Assembly: GCF_025643275.1 (NCBI RefSeq) | Contig: NZ_CP089977.1 | Location: 1,800,001-1,832,000 of the forward strand | Source of the DNA: Moraxella nasicaprae | GTDB taxonomy: Bacteria; Pseudomonadota; Gammaproteobacteria; Pseudomonadales; Moraxellaceae | Reading direction: 5' to 3' | DNA: 32,000 nucleotides | Shown: positions 1-8,765 of the stretch, piece by piece | Layout of the letters: each line of letters starts with the position of its first letter | Position numbering within the stretch: the first letter of the stretch is position 1 | Made by a program: the position numbers and the translations under genes | The notes under the pieces: generated by a model | What the model saw: the letters and a program-made list of their open reading frames with translations, nothing else | Database searches by the model: none | Told to the model about the DNA's origin: nothing

Positions 1-1097
1 GCCAAAGTCTCAGCAACCATCTGCTCGACCACATATTCATGGGTCATGGCAGGTCGAATACGGTTGGATAGTTGAAATTTGATGGCTTTGCACAGGGCGA
101 TGGCACTTTGCTCTTTAACCAAACCTTGCGGGAATAACGCACTTAGAATGTCAGCAAACGCTCCTTTTGCCCAACCGATGACAGGCGTACCCAAATGAAT
201 GGCTTGCAATGCTGTCATGCCAATACTTTCTGGACGATTGGCAAGTGCCAGTACAACATTGGCGGAGGCCAGCCATTCTTTTTTATCCACAGGATTGCGA
301 CCAATGAAAGTGACGCGTTTGTCCAGATTTAGTGCGTGCAGCCGCTGCAAAAATTCTTCATAAAAGACACATTGGGTCTGTTTATTTTCTGGGTCTTCGT
401 CCATGATGATGATGTGGATATTTTCAAATTTATGTTGTAGATTTCCTAAAATATCAACCAGCCATTCCTGCCCGTATTGATTGCCAATCGGTGTAGGGAA
501 TAACAACCATTTTTTGTGTTCCAATTCTGGATATTGGGCAAATACTTGATGCAGCCAATAGACTGAGGAATGATGTCGGTAGGGATATTTGCGAACATCA
601 ACACCACGAGAAACGCAGACCAGCTGTCTGTCATGTTTTTTGGTTAATTTTTTAAGAAAATAATTTTCGATACTTTGTGAAGCACAGATTAACACATCAG
701 CATCAAAGATTGCTTTACTATATTGGTTTAATGGATAAAATCCATACAAGCTACTGACGATTTTTGGGCGATGCTCTACATTGATATGACGCAACGCCCA
801 GTGCAGCACCCATGCAGGCGTGCGAGAATGCACATGAATGACATCAGGGTGATGGGTGTTAATAATGCGTCTTAACGCCCAAATATGCCGCAATGCCCAC
901 CAGCTTTTTTTGGGCATATCCAAGCGATAATAATCTGCACCATCACGAATCAGGCGAGTAACCAGCTCATCATCTTCATCAGCGGAGGCAATGACAACCG
1001 ACTCATGCCCTGCCTTGATGAGTGCATGAGAAATGGCGTAAACACCTCGTTCAGACTCATCGTGTTTGAGCGATGAACACAGCTGTAAAACTTTCAT
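1..1097 (-). CDS. Glycosyltransferase, GT4 / group-1 fold. It is partial: the C-terminus lies beyond the window edge.
   Basis: Hand translation of the minus strand from ATG (complement of 1095-1097) gives MKVLQLCSSLKHDESERGVYAISHALIKAGHESVVIASAD...HVHSRTPAW...ESIGMTALQAIHLGTPVIG. The frame stays open to position 1, and it is missing from the ORF track because no stop lies inside the window. The N-terminal Rossmann layout and the E-x-x-G-x-x-x-x-E-A-like C-terminal segment are typical of GT4 enzymes. Confidence 0.8.
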   Translation of the reverse strand, partial: MKVLQLCSSLKHDESERGVYAISHALIKAGHESVVIASADEDDELVTRLIRDGADYYRLDMPKKSWWALRHIWALRRIINTHHPDVIHVHSRTPAWVLHWALRHINVEHRPKIVSSLYGFYPLNQYSKAIFDADVLICASQSIENYFLKKLTKKHDRQLVCVSRGVDVRKYPYRHHSSVYWLHQVFAQYPELEHKKWLLFPTPIGNQYGQEWLVDILGNLQHKFENIHIIIMDEDPENKQTQCVFYEEFLQRLHALNLDKRVTFIGRNPVDKKEWLASANVVLALANRPESIGMTALQAIHLGTPVIGWAKGAFADILSALFPQGLVKEQSAIALCKAIKFQLSNRIRPAMTHEYVVEQMVAETL

Positions 1098-1101
1098 AAA
1101 A

Positions 1102-1590
1102 TTAAATGGCGGTTTTTAGAAAATCAAGCAGGTTGGTCAGGTGTTCTTTGGCTTTGACATTGCGAAAGCTACCAATCATTTGACCATTACCATCAAATAC
1201 AAAAGTTGAACGCACAACACCCAGATGAGTCTTGCCATACATCATTTTTTCTTTGATGACATCAAAATGCTGGCATAATGCTTCATCGGTGTCGCTGATG
1301 AGGTCGATGGTTAAAGCGTGTTTGTTGATGAAGTTTTGGTGTGATTTGACCCCATCTCTGGATATGCCAATCACTCGGTAGCCAAGCTGTGACAGGGTCT
1401 TGATTTCTTGGCTAAAATCGGTGGCTTGAACGGTGCAGCCTTGTGTGTTGTCTTTGGGATAAAAATATAAAATCAGCCCCTGTTTATCTGCACAGATTTC
1501 ATCAAAATTGGTTTGGCAATGCGTGCCATCAGCTTTGACCAGATTGACAGAAAAGGTAGGTAGGGCGATGTTTTCTTGGGTGTTTTTCAT
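1102..1590 (-). CDS. bcp: Thiol peroxidase / peroxiredoxin Bcp (AhpC/TSA family)
   Basis: The ORF 1102..1701 contains the peroxidatic motif YFYPKDNTQGCTVQA. I place the start at the internal ATG at 1588-1590 (MKNTQENIALPTF...), giving 162 aa, a normal Bcp length. The upstream 37 codons look like a non-coding extension. Confidence 0.9.
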   Translation of the reverse strand: MKNTQENIALPTFSVNLVKADGTHCQTNFDEICADKQGLILYFYPKDNTQGCTVQATDFSQEIKTLSQLGYRVIGISRDGVKSHQNFINKHALTIDLISDTDEALCQHFDVIKEKMMYGKTHLGVVRSTFVFDGNGQMIGSFRNVKAKEHLTNLLDFLKTAI

Positions 1591-1845
1591 ACAAAAATAA
1601 GTAGATAAATTGGTGGTTATTCTACCGCTAATTGGTTGGCGGTGCGTTGATTTTTTACAAAAAATTAGGGCTATTTTACAAATGAATACAAAAATTTGCA
1701 AATGATTAAGTTTTTATTTGTAATTCTTTGGCATTTTCAGTAAAATTAGCGGATTTAATTGATTGTTAGGGCTTGCGATTGTTGTTACATCGGCTGGTGT
1801 GATGTGTCAATGATGGCAAAATTTTGTTAATTCTTTGGATTTGTC

Positions 1846-3159
1846 ATGTCTTTATTTTCATTTTTGCAGGTTCAAGAGCGTGGTTCATCAGTTCGTCAAG
1901 AAGTGATTGCTGGTCTAACCACTTTTTTGGCGATGGTCTATTCGGTCATCGTAGTGCCAAATATGCTATCACAAGCAGGATTTCCTGCTGAGTCGGTGTT
2001 CATCGCAACCTGTTTGGTGGCTGGCTTGGGTTCGATATTGATTGGATTGTGGGCAAATGTGCCAATGGCGATTGGCTGTGCGATTTCGCTGACGGCATTT
2101 ACTGCGTTTAGCTTGGTGCTTGGGCAGGGTGTCAGTGTACCTGTGGCGCTGGGGGCGATTTTTTTGATGGGTGTGGTGTTTACGCTCATCTCGGTCACAG
2201 GCATTCGTGCGTGGATTTTGCGTAACTTACCTGCCTCAATCGCTCACGGAGCTGGTATTGGGATTGGTTTATTTTTGCTATTGATTGCTGCTAATGGTGT
2301 GGGGTTGGTTGTGGGCAATGATGCTGGATTGCCTGTCAAAATGGGGCAGTTTACCTCCTTGCCTGTGATGTTGTCATTGCTTGGCTTGGTGGCAATCATT
2401 GGTCTAGAACGCCTAAAAATCAAAGGCAGTATCTTGTGGGTCATCATTGCTATTACCGCCATTGGACTGATTTTTGACCCACAGGTCAAGTTTACAGGTT
2501 CTATCCTAAAAGTGCCTAGCTTTGGTGCAGAATCGCTGTTCATGAGCCTAGATGTAATGGGGGCGTTGAATACGGCGATTTTGCCAGTGGTATTTGCATT
2601 GGTGATGACGGCGATTTTTGATGCCACAGGTACGATTCGTGCGGTGGCAGGACAAGCCAACCTGTTGGACAAAGATGGTCAAATCATCAACGGTGGCAAG
2701 GCACTAACTTCTGACTCACTGGGTAGCATTTTATCTGGTGTTTTTGGAACTGCTCCTGCGGCAGTGTATATCGAGTCAGCAGCAGGAACGGCTGTCGGTG
2801 GCAAAACAGGCTTGACCGCCATTGTGGTGGGTGTGCTGTTTTTGTTGATGTTGTTTTTTCAGCCATTGGCGTTCTTGGTACCAAGTTATGCTACTGCACC
2901 TGCGTTGATGTATGTTGGTTTGCTCATGCTGAGCAATGTCTCAAAACTTGATTTTGATGACTTTATCGGAGCAATGAGTGGTTTGGTGTGTGCTGTTTTT
3001 ATCGTACTGACCGCCAACATCGTGACAGGCATCATGCTTGGTTTTGCAACTTTGGTATTAGGTCGCTTGATTGCAGGTGAATTTAAGAAACTTAATATCG
3101 GTACGGTGCTGATTGCCATTATTTTGGTGGCGTTTTATGTACTTGGTTATGCCATCTAA
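1846..3159 (+). CDS. NCS2/AzgA-family purine (adenine/guanine/hypoxanthine) permease
   Basis: 437 aa and polytopic. The N-terminal signature [27 protein letters not shown] matches the AdeP/GhxP/PurP-type permeases. Confidence 0.9.
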   Translation: MSLFSFLQVQERGSSVRQEVIAGLTTFLAMVYSVIVVPNMLSQAGFPAESVFIATCLVAGLGSILIGLWANVPMAIGCAISLTAFTAFSLVLGQGVSVPVALGAIFLMGVVFTLISVTGIRAWILRNLPASIAHGAGIGIGLFLLLIAANGVGLVVGNDAGLPVKMGQFTSLPVMLSLLGLVAIIGLERLKIKGSILWVIIAITAIGLIFDPQVKFTGSILKVPSFGAESLFMSLDVMGALNTAILPVVFALVMTAIFDATGTIRAVAGQANLLDKDGQIINGGKALTSDSLGSILSGVFGTAPAAVYIESAAGTAVGGKTGLTAIVVGVLFLLMLFFQPLAFLVPSYATAPALMYVGLLMLSNVSKLDFDDFIGAMSGLVCAVFIVLTANIVTGIMLGFATLVLGRLIAGEFKKLNIGTVLIAIILVAFYVLGYAI

Positions 3160-3177
3160 TCTAAGTATAGCAAGCAT

Positions 3178-3210
3178 CAAAAAACCCTGTCGCATGGCAG
3201 GGTTTTTTAT
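3178..3210. terminator. Bidirectional intrinsic terminator shared by the convergent permease and TetR genes
   Basis: AAAACCCTG (3181-3189), an 8-nt loop, then CAGGGTTTT (3198-3206). An A-run precedes the hairpin and a T-run follows it. Confidence 0.7.
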
Positions 3211-3214
3211 TTGA

Positions 3215-3799
3215 CTAAAACAAGGTGATGATGTGCTGATAGATGCGTTGTCGATGTGTTTCATCGGTGGTTAATAAGTCGTCCAACCAAGCACCATCAA
3301 CGGCATAGCGAATGACGGCAAATTTTGGGTCGCCATCGGTTGTCTCAAATTGGCGTAGTTTTTGATTGAGCCAGTCCTGCCATTGTGCCTGCATTTGCCC
3401 ATCAGCATTGATGACCTGACGCAAATTTGCCCAAGCACTCGCCATGCCAATATTAGGGTCATAAAATAGCACATCAAGATAAGACCGAGTAAAGATACCC
3501 GCCTGCTTGGGGTTTTGGTTAATTTTTGCCAAAATCGCTGTATTTAGCTGTGCGATGAACAGTCCAATGACCGCAGCAATCAGCTCTTCTTTGCTTTTAA
3601 AATGATGAAATAATCCGCCTTTGCTGGTGCCAGCGTGGTCAGCGACTTTTTGCATGGATAGATTGGCAATGCCTTCTTTGACCATCAGGTTTTTGGCGGT
3701 CAAAATTAGGGTGTGTCTGAGTTGTTCTGGATTGTTTTTGCGTTTTTTTGGGGTATTTTGATGTGCTTGATTGTCATCAAATAAAGTGTCTGCTTGCAT
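3215..3799 (-). CDS. TetR/AcrR-family transcriptional regulator
   Basis: 194 aa. The N-terminal HTH segment is LILTAKNLMVKEGIANLSMQKVADHAGTSKGGLFHHFKSKEEL, which includes the TetR signature. Confidence 0.85.
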   Translation of the reverse strand: MQADTLFDDNQAHQNTPKKRKNNPEQLRHTLILTAKNLMVKEGIANLSMQKVADHAGTSKGGLFHHFKSKEELIAAVIGLFIAQLNTAILAKINQNPKQAGIFTRSYLDVLFYDPNIGMASAWANLRQVINADGQMQAQWQDWLNQKLRQFETTDGDPKFAVIRYAVDGAWLDDLLTTDETHRQRIYQHIITLF

Positions 3800-3810
3800 T
3801 GATTTGCCTT

Positions 3811-3861
3811 AAAAATAAAAAACCATCTGGTCGGTATTTTATAAAAAAAGCAACCAGATGG
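3811..3861 (-). terminator. Probable intrinsic terminator of queC
   Basis: On the minus strand, CCATCTGGT (complement of 3853-3861) pairs with ACCAGATGG (complement of 3823-3831), followed by a T-run (complement of 3811-3822). The loop is long at 21 nt, which lowers confidence. Confidence 0.5.
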
Positions 3862-3949
3862 CAAGCGTGATGATGGGTTTGATGATTGTATGGATGTCGT
3901 GTGATTGCTAAATCGACACCAAAAACCAATCATCTGCAATCCATCAAGG

Positions 3950-4663
3950 CTAAGACAAATCTTGATAGCGAGTTTGGTCAGCCATGCCTGCTTCTAAAAA
4001 TCCTTGCATACGCAAATGACAGCTGTCGCACGCACCACATGCACGCCCAGATTCATCAGCACGATAACAAGATACAGTCTGTGCATAGTCCACGCCAAGC
4101 GATGAACCTAATTGTAGTGTTTGTGCCTTTGATAAGTGCTGTAAAGGAGCAATGATTTGCAGGCGGTTGCCTTGTCTGCCAGCCACCGTTGCTAGGTTTG
4201 CCAAGCGTTCGAAAGCCTCGATGAAATCGGGACGACAATCAGGATAGCCTGAATAATCCACCGAGCTGACACCGATGACGATGTGGTTGGCTTGGGAGAC
4301 TTCCGCCAATGCTAACGCATAAGATAAAAAAATCGTATTACGAGCTGGTACATAAGTGATGGGGGCAACCTGAGCCTCGTCACTATATGTGGTGTTTTCA
4401 TCATAATTTGGCACAGCAAGCGTTTCATCGGTCAAGGCAGAGCCACCAAGCTGAGCAATGTCAATATCAATAATGCGATGCTCCACGCCAAGACTGCTGG
4501 CAATATTGATGGCACAGTTTAGCTCGCTAGAATGTTTTTGACCATAACGAAAACTTAGGGCAATGACTTTATCAAAATGAGATTTTGCCCAATAAAGGCA
4601 AGTGGTTGAATCCAGTCCGCCTGAAAATAGTACAATGGCGGTTTGTTGATTGGTTGTTTGCAT
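3950..4663 (-). CDS. queC: 7-cyano-7-deazaguanine synthase QueC
   Basis: 237 aa. It has the PP-loop [19 protein letters not shown] and the C-terminal zinc cluster [20 protein letters not shown]. Confidence 0.95.
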   Translation of the reverse strand: MQTTNQQTAIVLFSGGLDSTTCLYWAKSHFDKVIALSFRYGQKHSSELNCAINIASSLGVEHRIIDIDIAQLGGSALTDETLAVPNYDENTTYSDEAQVAPITYVPARNTIFLSYALALAEVSQANHIVIGVSSVDYSGYPDCRPDFIEAFERLANLATVAGRQGNRLQIIAPLQHLSKAQTLQLGSSLGVDYAQTVSCYRADESGRACGACDSCHLRMQGFLEAGMADQTRYQDLS

Positions 4664-4809
4664 AAGTGTATTTTGCGATGAAAATAAACTGATAAAGATA
4701 GCTTATTTTGTCTTGCATTTCAAGAATTAAGCACGCTGTGCTGTATAATTTTTCAATAAATTTATGTTATAATGACACTTTTAGATATATTGGACTTGGT
4801 TTTTTGGTC

Positions 4810-5439
4810 ATGGATACAGAAATTATCAAAATTATTTTGGCACTACTTGTGCTGATTAACCCTTCTGGTGCATTGATTTTGTTTTTACATTTTACCAGCG
4901 ATTATGATTTGGTTAGTAAACGCAAAGTGGCACAGATTGCCTGTTTGACGGTGTTCATCACGATTGCTTTTTTTGTGCTGTTTGGACAGTCTATCTTAAA
5001 CGGCTTGGGCATTTCTTTGGGGTCGTTTCGTGTTGCAGGCGGGGTGTTGTTATTTTTAATCGCACTTAGCATGATGAGTGATGGCAAAAACCCTGTCAAA
5101 CCAAAAGGCGATGAAGTTGCTCAGGAAGTATCGCACTCGCTTGGTATTGCGGTTGTGCCACTTGCCATTCCGATGATGATTGGTCCAGGTGGTATCTCAA
5201 CGGTCATCATCTATTCTGCCCAAATGCAAACCATGATGGATAAGATGACTATTATTGTGGCAGGCTTGTGCATCAGTTTATTTTGCTATTTGTCTTTGAT
5301 GGCGGCAGAACGCATCAGTCGCTTGTTGGGCGATACAGGACTGAGTGTCATCAATCGTATCATGGGCATCATTTTGGCAGCATTGTCTATCGAAATCATC
5401 GTGTCTGGCTTGCGTGCCATTTTCCCCATGTTGGCTTGA
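4810..5439 (+). CDS. MarC-family (UPF0056) integral membrane protein
   Basis: I trimmed ORF 4708..5439 to the ATG at 4810 (MDTEIIKIILALLVLINPSGA...), giving 209 aa with about six hydrophobic spans, typical of the MarC family. Confidence 0.85.
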   Translation: MDTEIIKIILALLVLINPSGALILFLHFTSDYDLVSKRKVAQIACLTVFITIAFFVLFGQSILNGLGISLGSFRVAGGVLLFLIALSMMSDGKNPVKPKGDEVAQEVSHSLGIAVVPLAIPMMIGPGGISTVIIYSAQMQTMMDKMTIIVAGLCISLFCYLSLMAAERISRLLGDTGLSVINRIMGIILAALSIEIIVSGLRAIFPMLA

Positions 5440-5457
5440 TGTGAAATTTGATAAAAT

Positions 5458-5496
5458 TAAAAAAATCCCTCGATAGGCTCATCGGGGGATTTTTTA
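5458..5496. terminator. Bidirectional intrinsic terminator between the marC-family gene and mnmC
   Basis: ATCCCTCGAT (5465-5474), a 6-nt loop, then ATCGGGGGAT (5481-5490). This is a 10-bp stem with one G-U pair, flanked by an A-run and a T-run. Confidence 0.75.
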
Positions 5497-5511
5497 TTGG
5501 GCAAATCATGC

Positions 5512-7389
5512 TCAATCTGCCGTCAGAGGTGTTTGTAATCTGGGGCGATTTGGGCTGATTTTTTTGAGCAGTTCTGCATCAATAGGTAGGATACCACCTG
5601 TGATGATGTCTGCCAAAATCTGTGAACATAGCGGAGCAAAACAAAAACCCTTTGACCCCATGCCGTACATGGCATAGCGTTTATCATCATCGCCAATCAT
5701 GCCGACAATGGGGTGATAGTCGGGCGTCTGAGCTCTGATGCCAGCCTTCCCAAATAAGGGTTGATGGCTGATTTGTTTGGCAATCTCTGGTAGGGCGTGT
5801 GTCAATTTATCTTGATTAAACTGATGTTCTTCATCATACACACCATCATCTGTGCTATTTCGCACAAAACTTGCCCCAAATAATAGATGTGTTTGATTGT
5901 CTTCATGAAACTGCCCACAATAGCCGTCATATTTAATCGGCGTGCTGGGTAGTTGATGATGTTCATCATTCATCGCTACCCAAGATAATTGCCCACGAAT
6001 TTTGCGACAAACAAACAACTCGTCAGACAAGGTATCGCTTAAAAATCCTGCACAAATCACCACATGGTCGGCTGTGATGTGATGTGTTTGGCTGACAAGA
6101 TGAGCCTGTTGGTCGTCTGTGTTGATGTGGTGAATCGCTGTTTGCACAAAATGAATATTGGGCTGTTTTTTGATGGCTTGATAAATATTAGCAGGGCTAA
6201 GCAGTCCACCCATTGGGACATGGCAAACGATGTCAGCCGTTGGATAAAGATGTGTGTCTATTTGATGAATCAGTTCATCTGGATAGGGAGCGATTTGTTC
6301 GGCTCGTTTTTGGGCGGATTTTTGGCTGGGCAACAAAAAGTCAATCACGCCCGTTTCTTCAAAGACCGACTGGTCGGTATTTAGATGGCGATAGACTCGC
6401 CAAGCATACAAAAATCCCACTGTGGATAGATGTTGATGAGCAGTTTGAATCAGACTAAGTTTTGGAGCAAACAACGCTCGTGGATTGCCTGACGCACCGC
6501 TCATTGGTGGATTTTGGTCAATGAGTGTGATGTGATGTCCACGCTTGGCAAGTGCATCAGCCAACATCACACCACTGATACCAGCACCAACAATGGCGAT
6601 GTGCTTGGGGTGTTGTTGCGTTAAAGAGGACGGGGTGTCTTGATGGATTGTGGCGGTCAGCATTTCTCTTTTAAAGCCAAAGCCTTTGGTTTTTTTGACC
6701 AAAAAACCTGCCGCCATCAAACCACGCCGAACAAATCCTGCTGCGGTAAAAGTTGCCAAAGTTGCCTGATGATGGCAAAGTTTGGCAATCAGCTCAAATA
6801 ATTCATCAGACCACAAATCGCTATTTTTACTGGGGTTAAAACCGTCTAAAAACCACGCCATCACACCGCCAGTCCTCCCCAGCATTGTTTGGGTCTCCAA
6901 GAGAGTGGTCAGGCTTTGTTTGGCATCGCCATACCATAAATCAAGTGTGATTTGTTCGCTGATGTGTAAGCGATGACAGCCCATCATTGGCAAGGGATAA
7001 TTATCCAGCAAGGCATCAATCCAAACACTGGTATCGTCATTTCGCCATGTAAAAAGAGCGGTGCTCAAATCTGATTTGGATAGGGGGAATTTTTCGGTGC
7101 TGATAAAATGCAGATGAGCGTCTTTGGGGGCGGTTTGTTGCCACAGTAGGCAAGTCGCCAAAAAATTTAACCCTGTGCCAAAACCCGTCTCAGCAATGAC
7201 AAATCGACTGCCTGATGGCAAATTGGCAAATCGATTGGGCAAATCATTGCCTGCCAAAAACACATGATGAGTCTCATCAAGCCCTCCTGCTTTTGAAAAA
7301 TACACATCATCAAAGATGGGAGAGGTGGGGACAAGATGACCTTGTGCGTCTGATTGCCAGTCGATGACGGCTTGCTCAATGTGATTCAT
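5512..7389 (-). CDS. mnmC: Bifunctional tRNA mnm5s2U34 methyltransferase / FAD-dependent cmnm5s2U34 oxidoreductase MnmC
   Basis: 625 aa. The N-terminus is DWQSDAQGHLVPTSPIFDDVYFSKAGGLDETHHVFLAGNDLP (methyltransferase half). A central IAIVGAGISG dinucleotide-binding motif marks the DAO-like half. Confidence 0.95.
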   Translation of the reverse strand: MNHIEQAVIDWQSDAQGHLVPTSPIFDDVYFSKAGGLDETHHVFLAGNDLPNRFANLPSGSRFVIAETGFGTGLNFLATCLLWQQTAPKDAHLHFISTEKFPLSKSDLSTALFTWRNDDTSVWIDALLDNYPLPMMGCHRLHISEQITLDLWYGDAKQSLTTLLETQTMLGRTGGVMAWFLDGFNPSKNSDLWSDELFELIAKLCHHQATLATFTAAGFVRRGLMAAGFLVKKTKGFGFKREMLTATIHQDTPSSLTQQHPKHIAIVGAGISGVMLADALAKRGHHITLIDQNPPMSGASGNPRALFAPKLSLIQTAHQHLSTVGFLYAWRVYRHLNTDQSVFEETGVIDFLLPSQKSAQKRAEQIAPYPDELIHQIDTHLYPTADIVCHVPMGGLLSPANIYQAIKKQPNIHFVQTAIHHINTDDQQAHLVSQTHHITADHVVICAGFLSDTLSDELFVCRKIRGQLSWVAMNDEHHQLPSTPIKYDGYCGQFHEDNQTHLLFGASFVRNSTDDGVYDEEHQFNQDKLTHALPEIAKQISHQPLFGKAGIRAQTPDYHPIVGMIGDDDKRYAMYGMGSKGFCFAPLCSQILADIITGGILPIDAELLKKISPNRPRLQTPLTAD

Positions 7390-7391
7390 GA

Positions 7392-7691
7392 CTAATCAAT
7401 TTTTGGTAAGGCTTGTACAAAAGGCTTAATATCCACATGACTATACACCCCTGCTGTGATGTAGGGGTCGGTCTCTGCCCATGCCTGAGCCGCTTCTAGA
7501 CTATCAAAATGAGCGATGATTAGACTGCCGCTCATGGCAGGTTCTGCGTGTTTGATGGGGGTGGGGCCTGCGATGACGAGACGATTTTGGGCATCTAAGG
7601 CGGTCAATCTTTCGATATGAGCTGGGCGTGCTTGTAGGCGTTTTTCGGTGCTGTCAGCAACATCATATCCGATAATGGCAAACAGTGGCAT
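7392..7691 (-). CDS. yciI: YciI-family protein
   Basis: I start at the ATG at 7689-7691, preceded by AAGGAG at a 7-nt spacing. The MPLFAIIGYDVADSTEKRLQARPAHIERL...EAAQAWAETDPYITAGVY pattern resembles E. coli YciI as I remember its sequence. The stop lies 2 nt from the mnmC start. Confidence 0.9.
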   Translation of the reverse strand: MPLFAIIGYDVADSTEKRLQARPAHIERLTALDAQNRLVIAGPTPIKHAEPAMSGSLIIAHFDSLEAAQAWAETDPYITAGVYSHVDIKPFVQALPKID

Positions 7692-7853
7692 TGATTTCTC
7701 CTTGTAATTCACTGGTGTTTGATGTGGTCTAAATTAAGCATACCAAGCCAGCTTGTATGGTGCAAAAACCTTTGTGGCAGATTGCCTTGATGTGTCAAGA
7801 GTGGCTTTTGGCGATATGCTTATTTCATCATTTTTTTATTGATGATAAGGTGT

Positions 7854-8456
7854 TTATTGGATTTTTAGATGTTTACGCATCACAAAAAACATGATAATCA
7901 TAAAGGCAAACATTACCATCATATCGCCAAAAGCGGTAAACTCGCCCCAATACTTACCATCAGCAAAAACAAAAGCAAAGAAAGTATGTAAAACTGCCAT
8001 CAGGACAAACAGTCCCACCCAAGCTAGGTTTAGGCGTTGCCAGCCTGCTTTATCCAGCTCAAATACTGGGGTAAATAGCTTTTGGATAATAGGCATTCTG
8101 TCTTGATTAAACCAAGGCGACAACAGTAAACCAATGGCAAAAACAGCATTGATGATGATTGCTTTTAGGCGGATAAAATAATCATCGCTTAATGCCAGCG
8201 TAATGCCGCCAAAAACAACCGTCATCAGCAAAATAAACCATTGCTGCTTATTTAAGGAAAATTTTTGTTGAATGAATAAAAAACCATACACGATGATGCT
8301 GGCAATCAGCAAGCCTGCGGTGGCGGTCAAGGTGTGGTTATTATCCACGCCAGCCCCAAAAATCTGCAATAAAGGGTGGCTGGTGTCTTTTGGGTCGGTG
8401 GTTTTATATAAATAAAAAAAGACAAAGAGCGGAATGTAGTCAAGTAGGGCTTTCAT
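7854..8456 (-). CDS. yciB: Intracellular septation protein A (YciB/IspZ)
   Basis: 200 aa. The N-terminus is MKALLDYIPLFVFFYLYK and there are five hydrophobic spans. It sits next to yciI, as in many gammaproteobacteria. Confidence 0.9.
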   Translation of the reverse strand: MKALLDYIPLFVFFYLYKTTDPKDTSHPLLQIFGAGVDNNHTLTATAGLLIASIIVYGFLFIQQKFSLNKQQWFILLMTVVFGGITLALSDDYFIRLKAIIINAVFAIGLLLSPWFNQDRMPIIQKLFTPVFELDKAGWQRLNLAWVGLFVLMAVLHTFFAFVFADGKYWGEFTAFGDMMVMFAFMIIMFFVMRKHLKIQ

Positions 8457-8729
8457 AGATTTTGGTACGATTAAAAAACCATCATTTTACACGCTTTTGG
8501 GGGTAAAAGTAAAACAAAATACCATGCGTTTGGGCTGATGAATGAAGATGGGTGTTTGATGGCGATATTGAAGGAGTTTATTGTGATGGTAAAAACGACT
8601 TACCTATCTTAAAAATCTGCCAGCAGTCAATCAGGCTAAGGTTTTGATTTAGTTAGCATAGGATTGTGGCTTGTCTTTTTTTAAAGACTTAATGATTAAA
8701 GTTTGAATGAAGCACAAAGAGTTAATAAG

Positions 8730-8757
8730 CAAAACCCCACCATCAGGCAGGGTTTTG
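8730..8757 (-). terminator. Probable lon terminator
   Basis: CAAAACCC (8730-8737) pairs with GGGTTTTG (8750-8757) around a 12-nt loop. The downstream tract on the minus strand is only moderately T-rich. Confidence 0.45.
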
Positions 8758-8765
8758 TGGGCAGA

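Noticed and set aside
1591-1701. Longer N-terminal extensions offered by the ORF track for bcp (to 1701), the marC-family gene (from 4708), the AEC transporter (from 26448), corA (to 14303), yciI (to 7712), hisZ (from 27706) and purA (from 29015)
   Set aside because: The internal starts give family-typical lengths and N-termini, and most have a visible Shine-Dalgarno sequence. The extensions run through promoter or terminator sequence.
1938-3264. Several minus-strand ORFs (1938..2204, 2244..2672, 2687..2884, 2886..3119, 3058..3264) within the purine permease
   Set aside because: They are shadow ORFs opposite a hydrophobic membrane protein gene. The same applies to 12175..12591 in the transporter, 24465..24800 in mnmG, and similar cases.
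3950-4663. QueC as a QatC-like defence component
   Set aside because: It has the full canonical QueC length and motifs, and there are no QatA/B/D-like neighbours. It is the housekeeping queuosine gene.
4664-4809. preQ1 riboswitch upstream of queC, and a purine riboswitch upstream of the permease (1702-1845)
   Set aside because: Neither leader contains the conserved cores that I can recall (the preQ1-I loop and tail, or the purine three-way junction sequences).
8457-8765. Tiny ORFs in the yciB-lon intergenic region, such as a 24-codon ORF (MNEDGCLMAILKEFIVMVKTTYLS) and a 9-codon ORF after GAAGGAG
   Set aside because: They are too short and have no supporting signal beyond one SD-like hexamer. 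The region is adequately explained by the yciB promoter plus the lon terminator.
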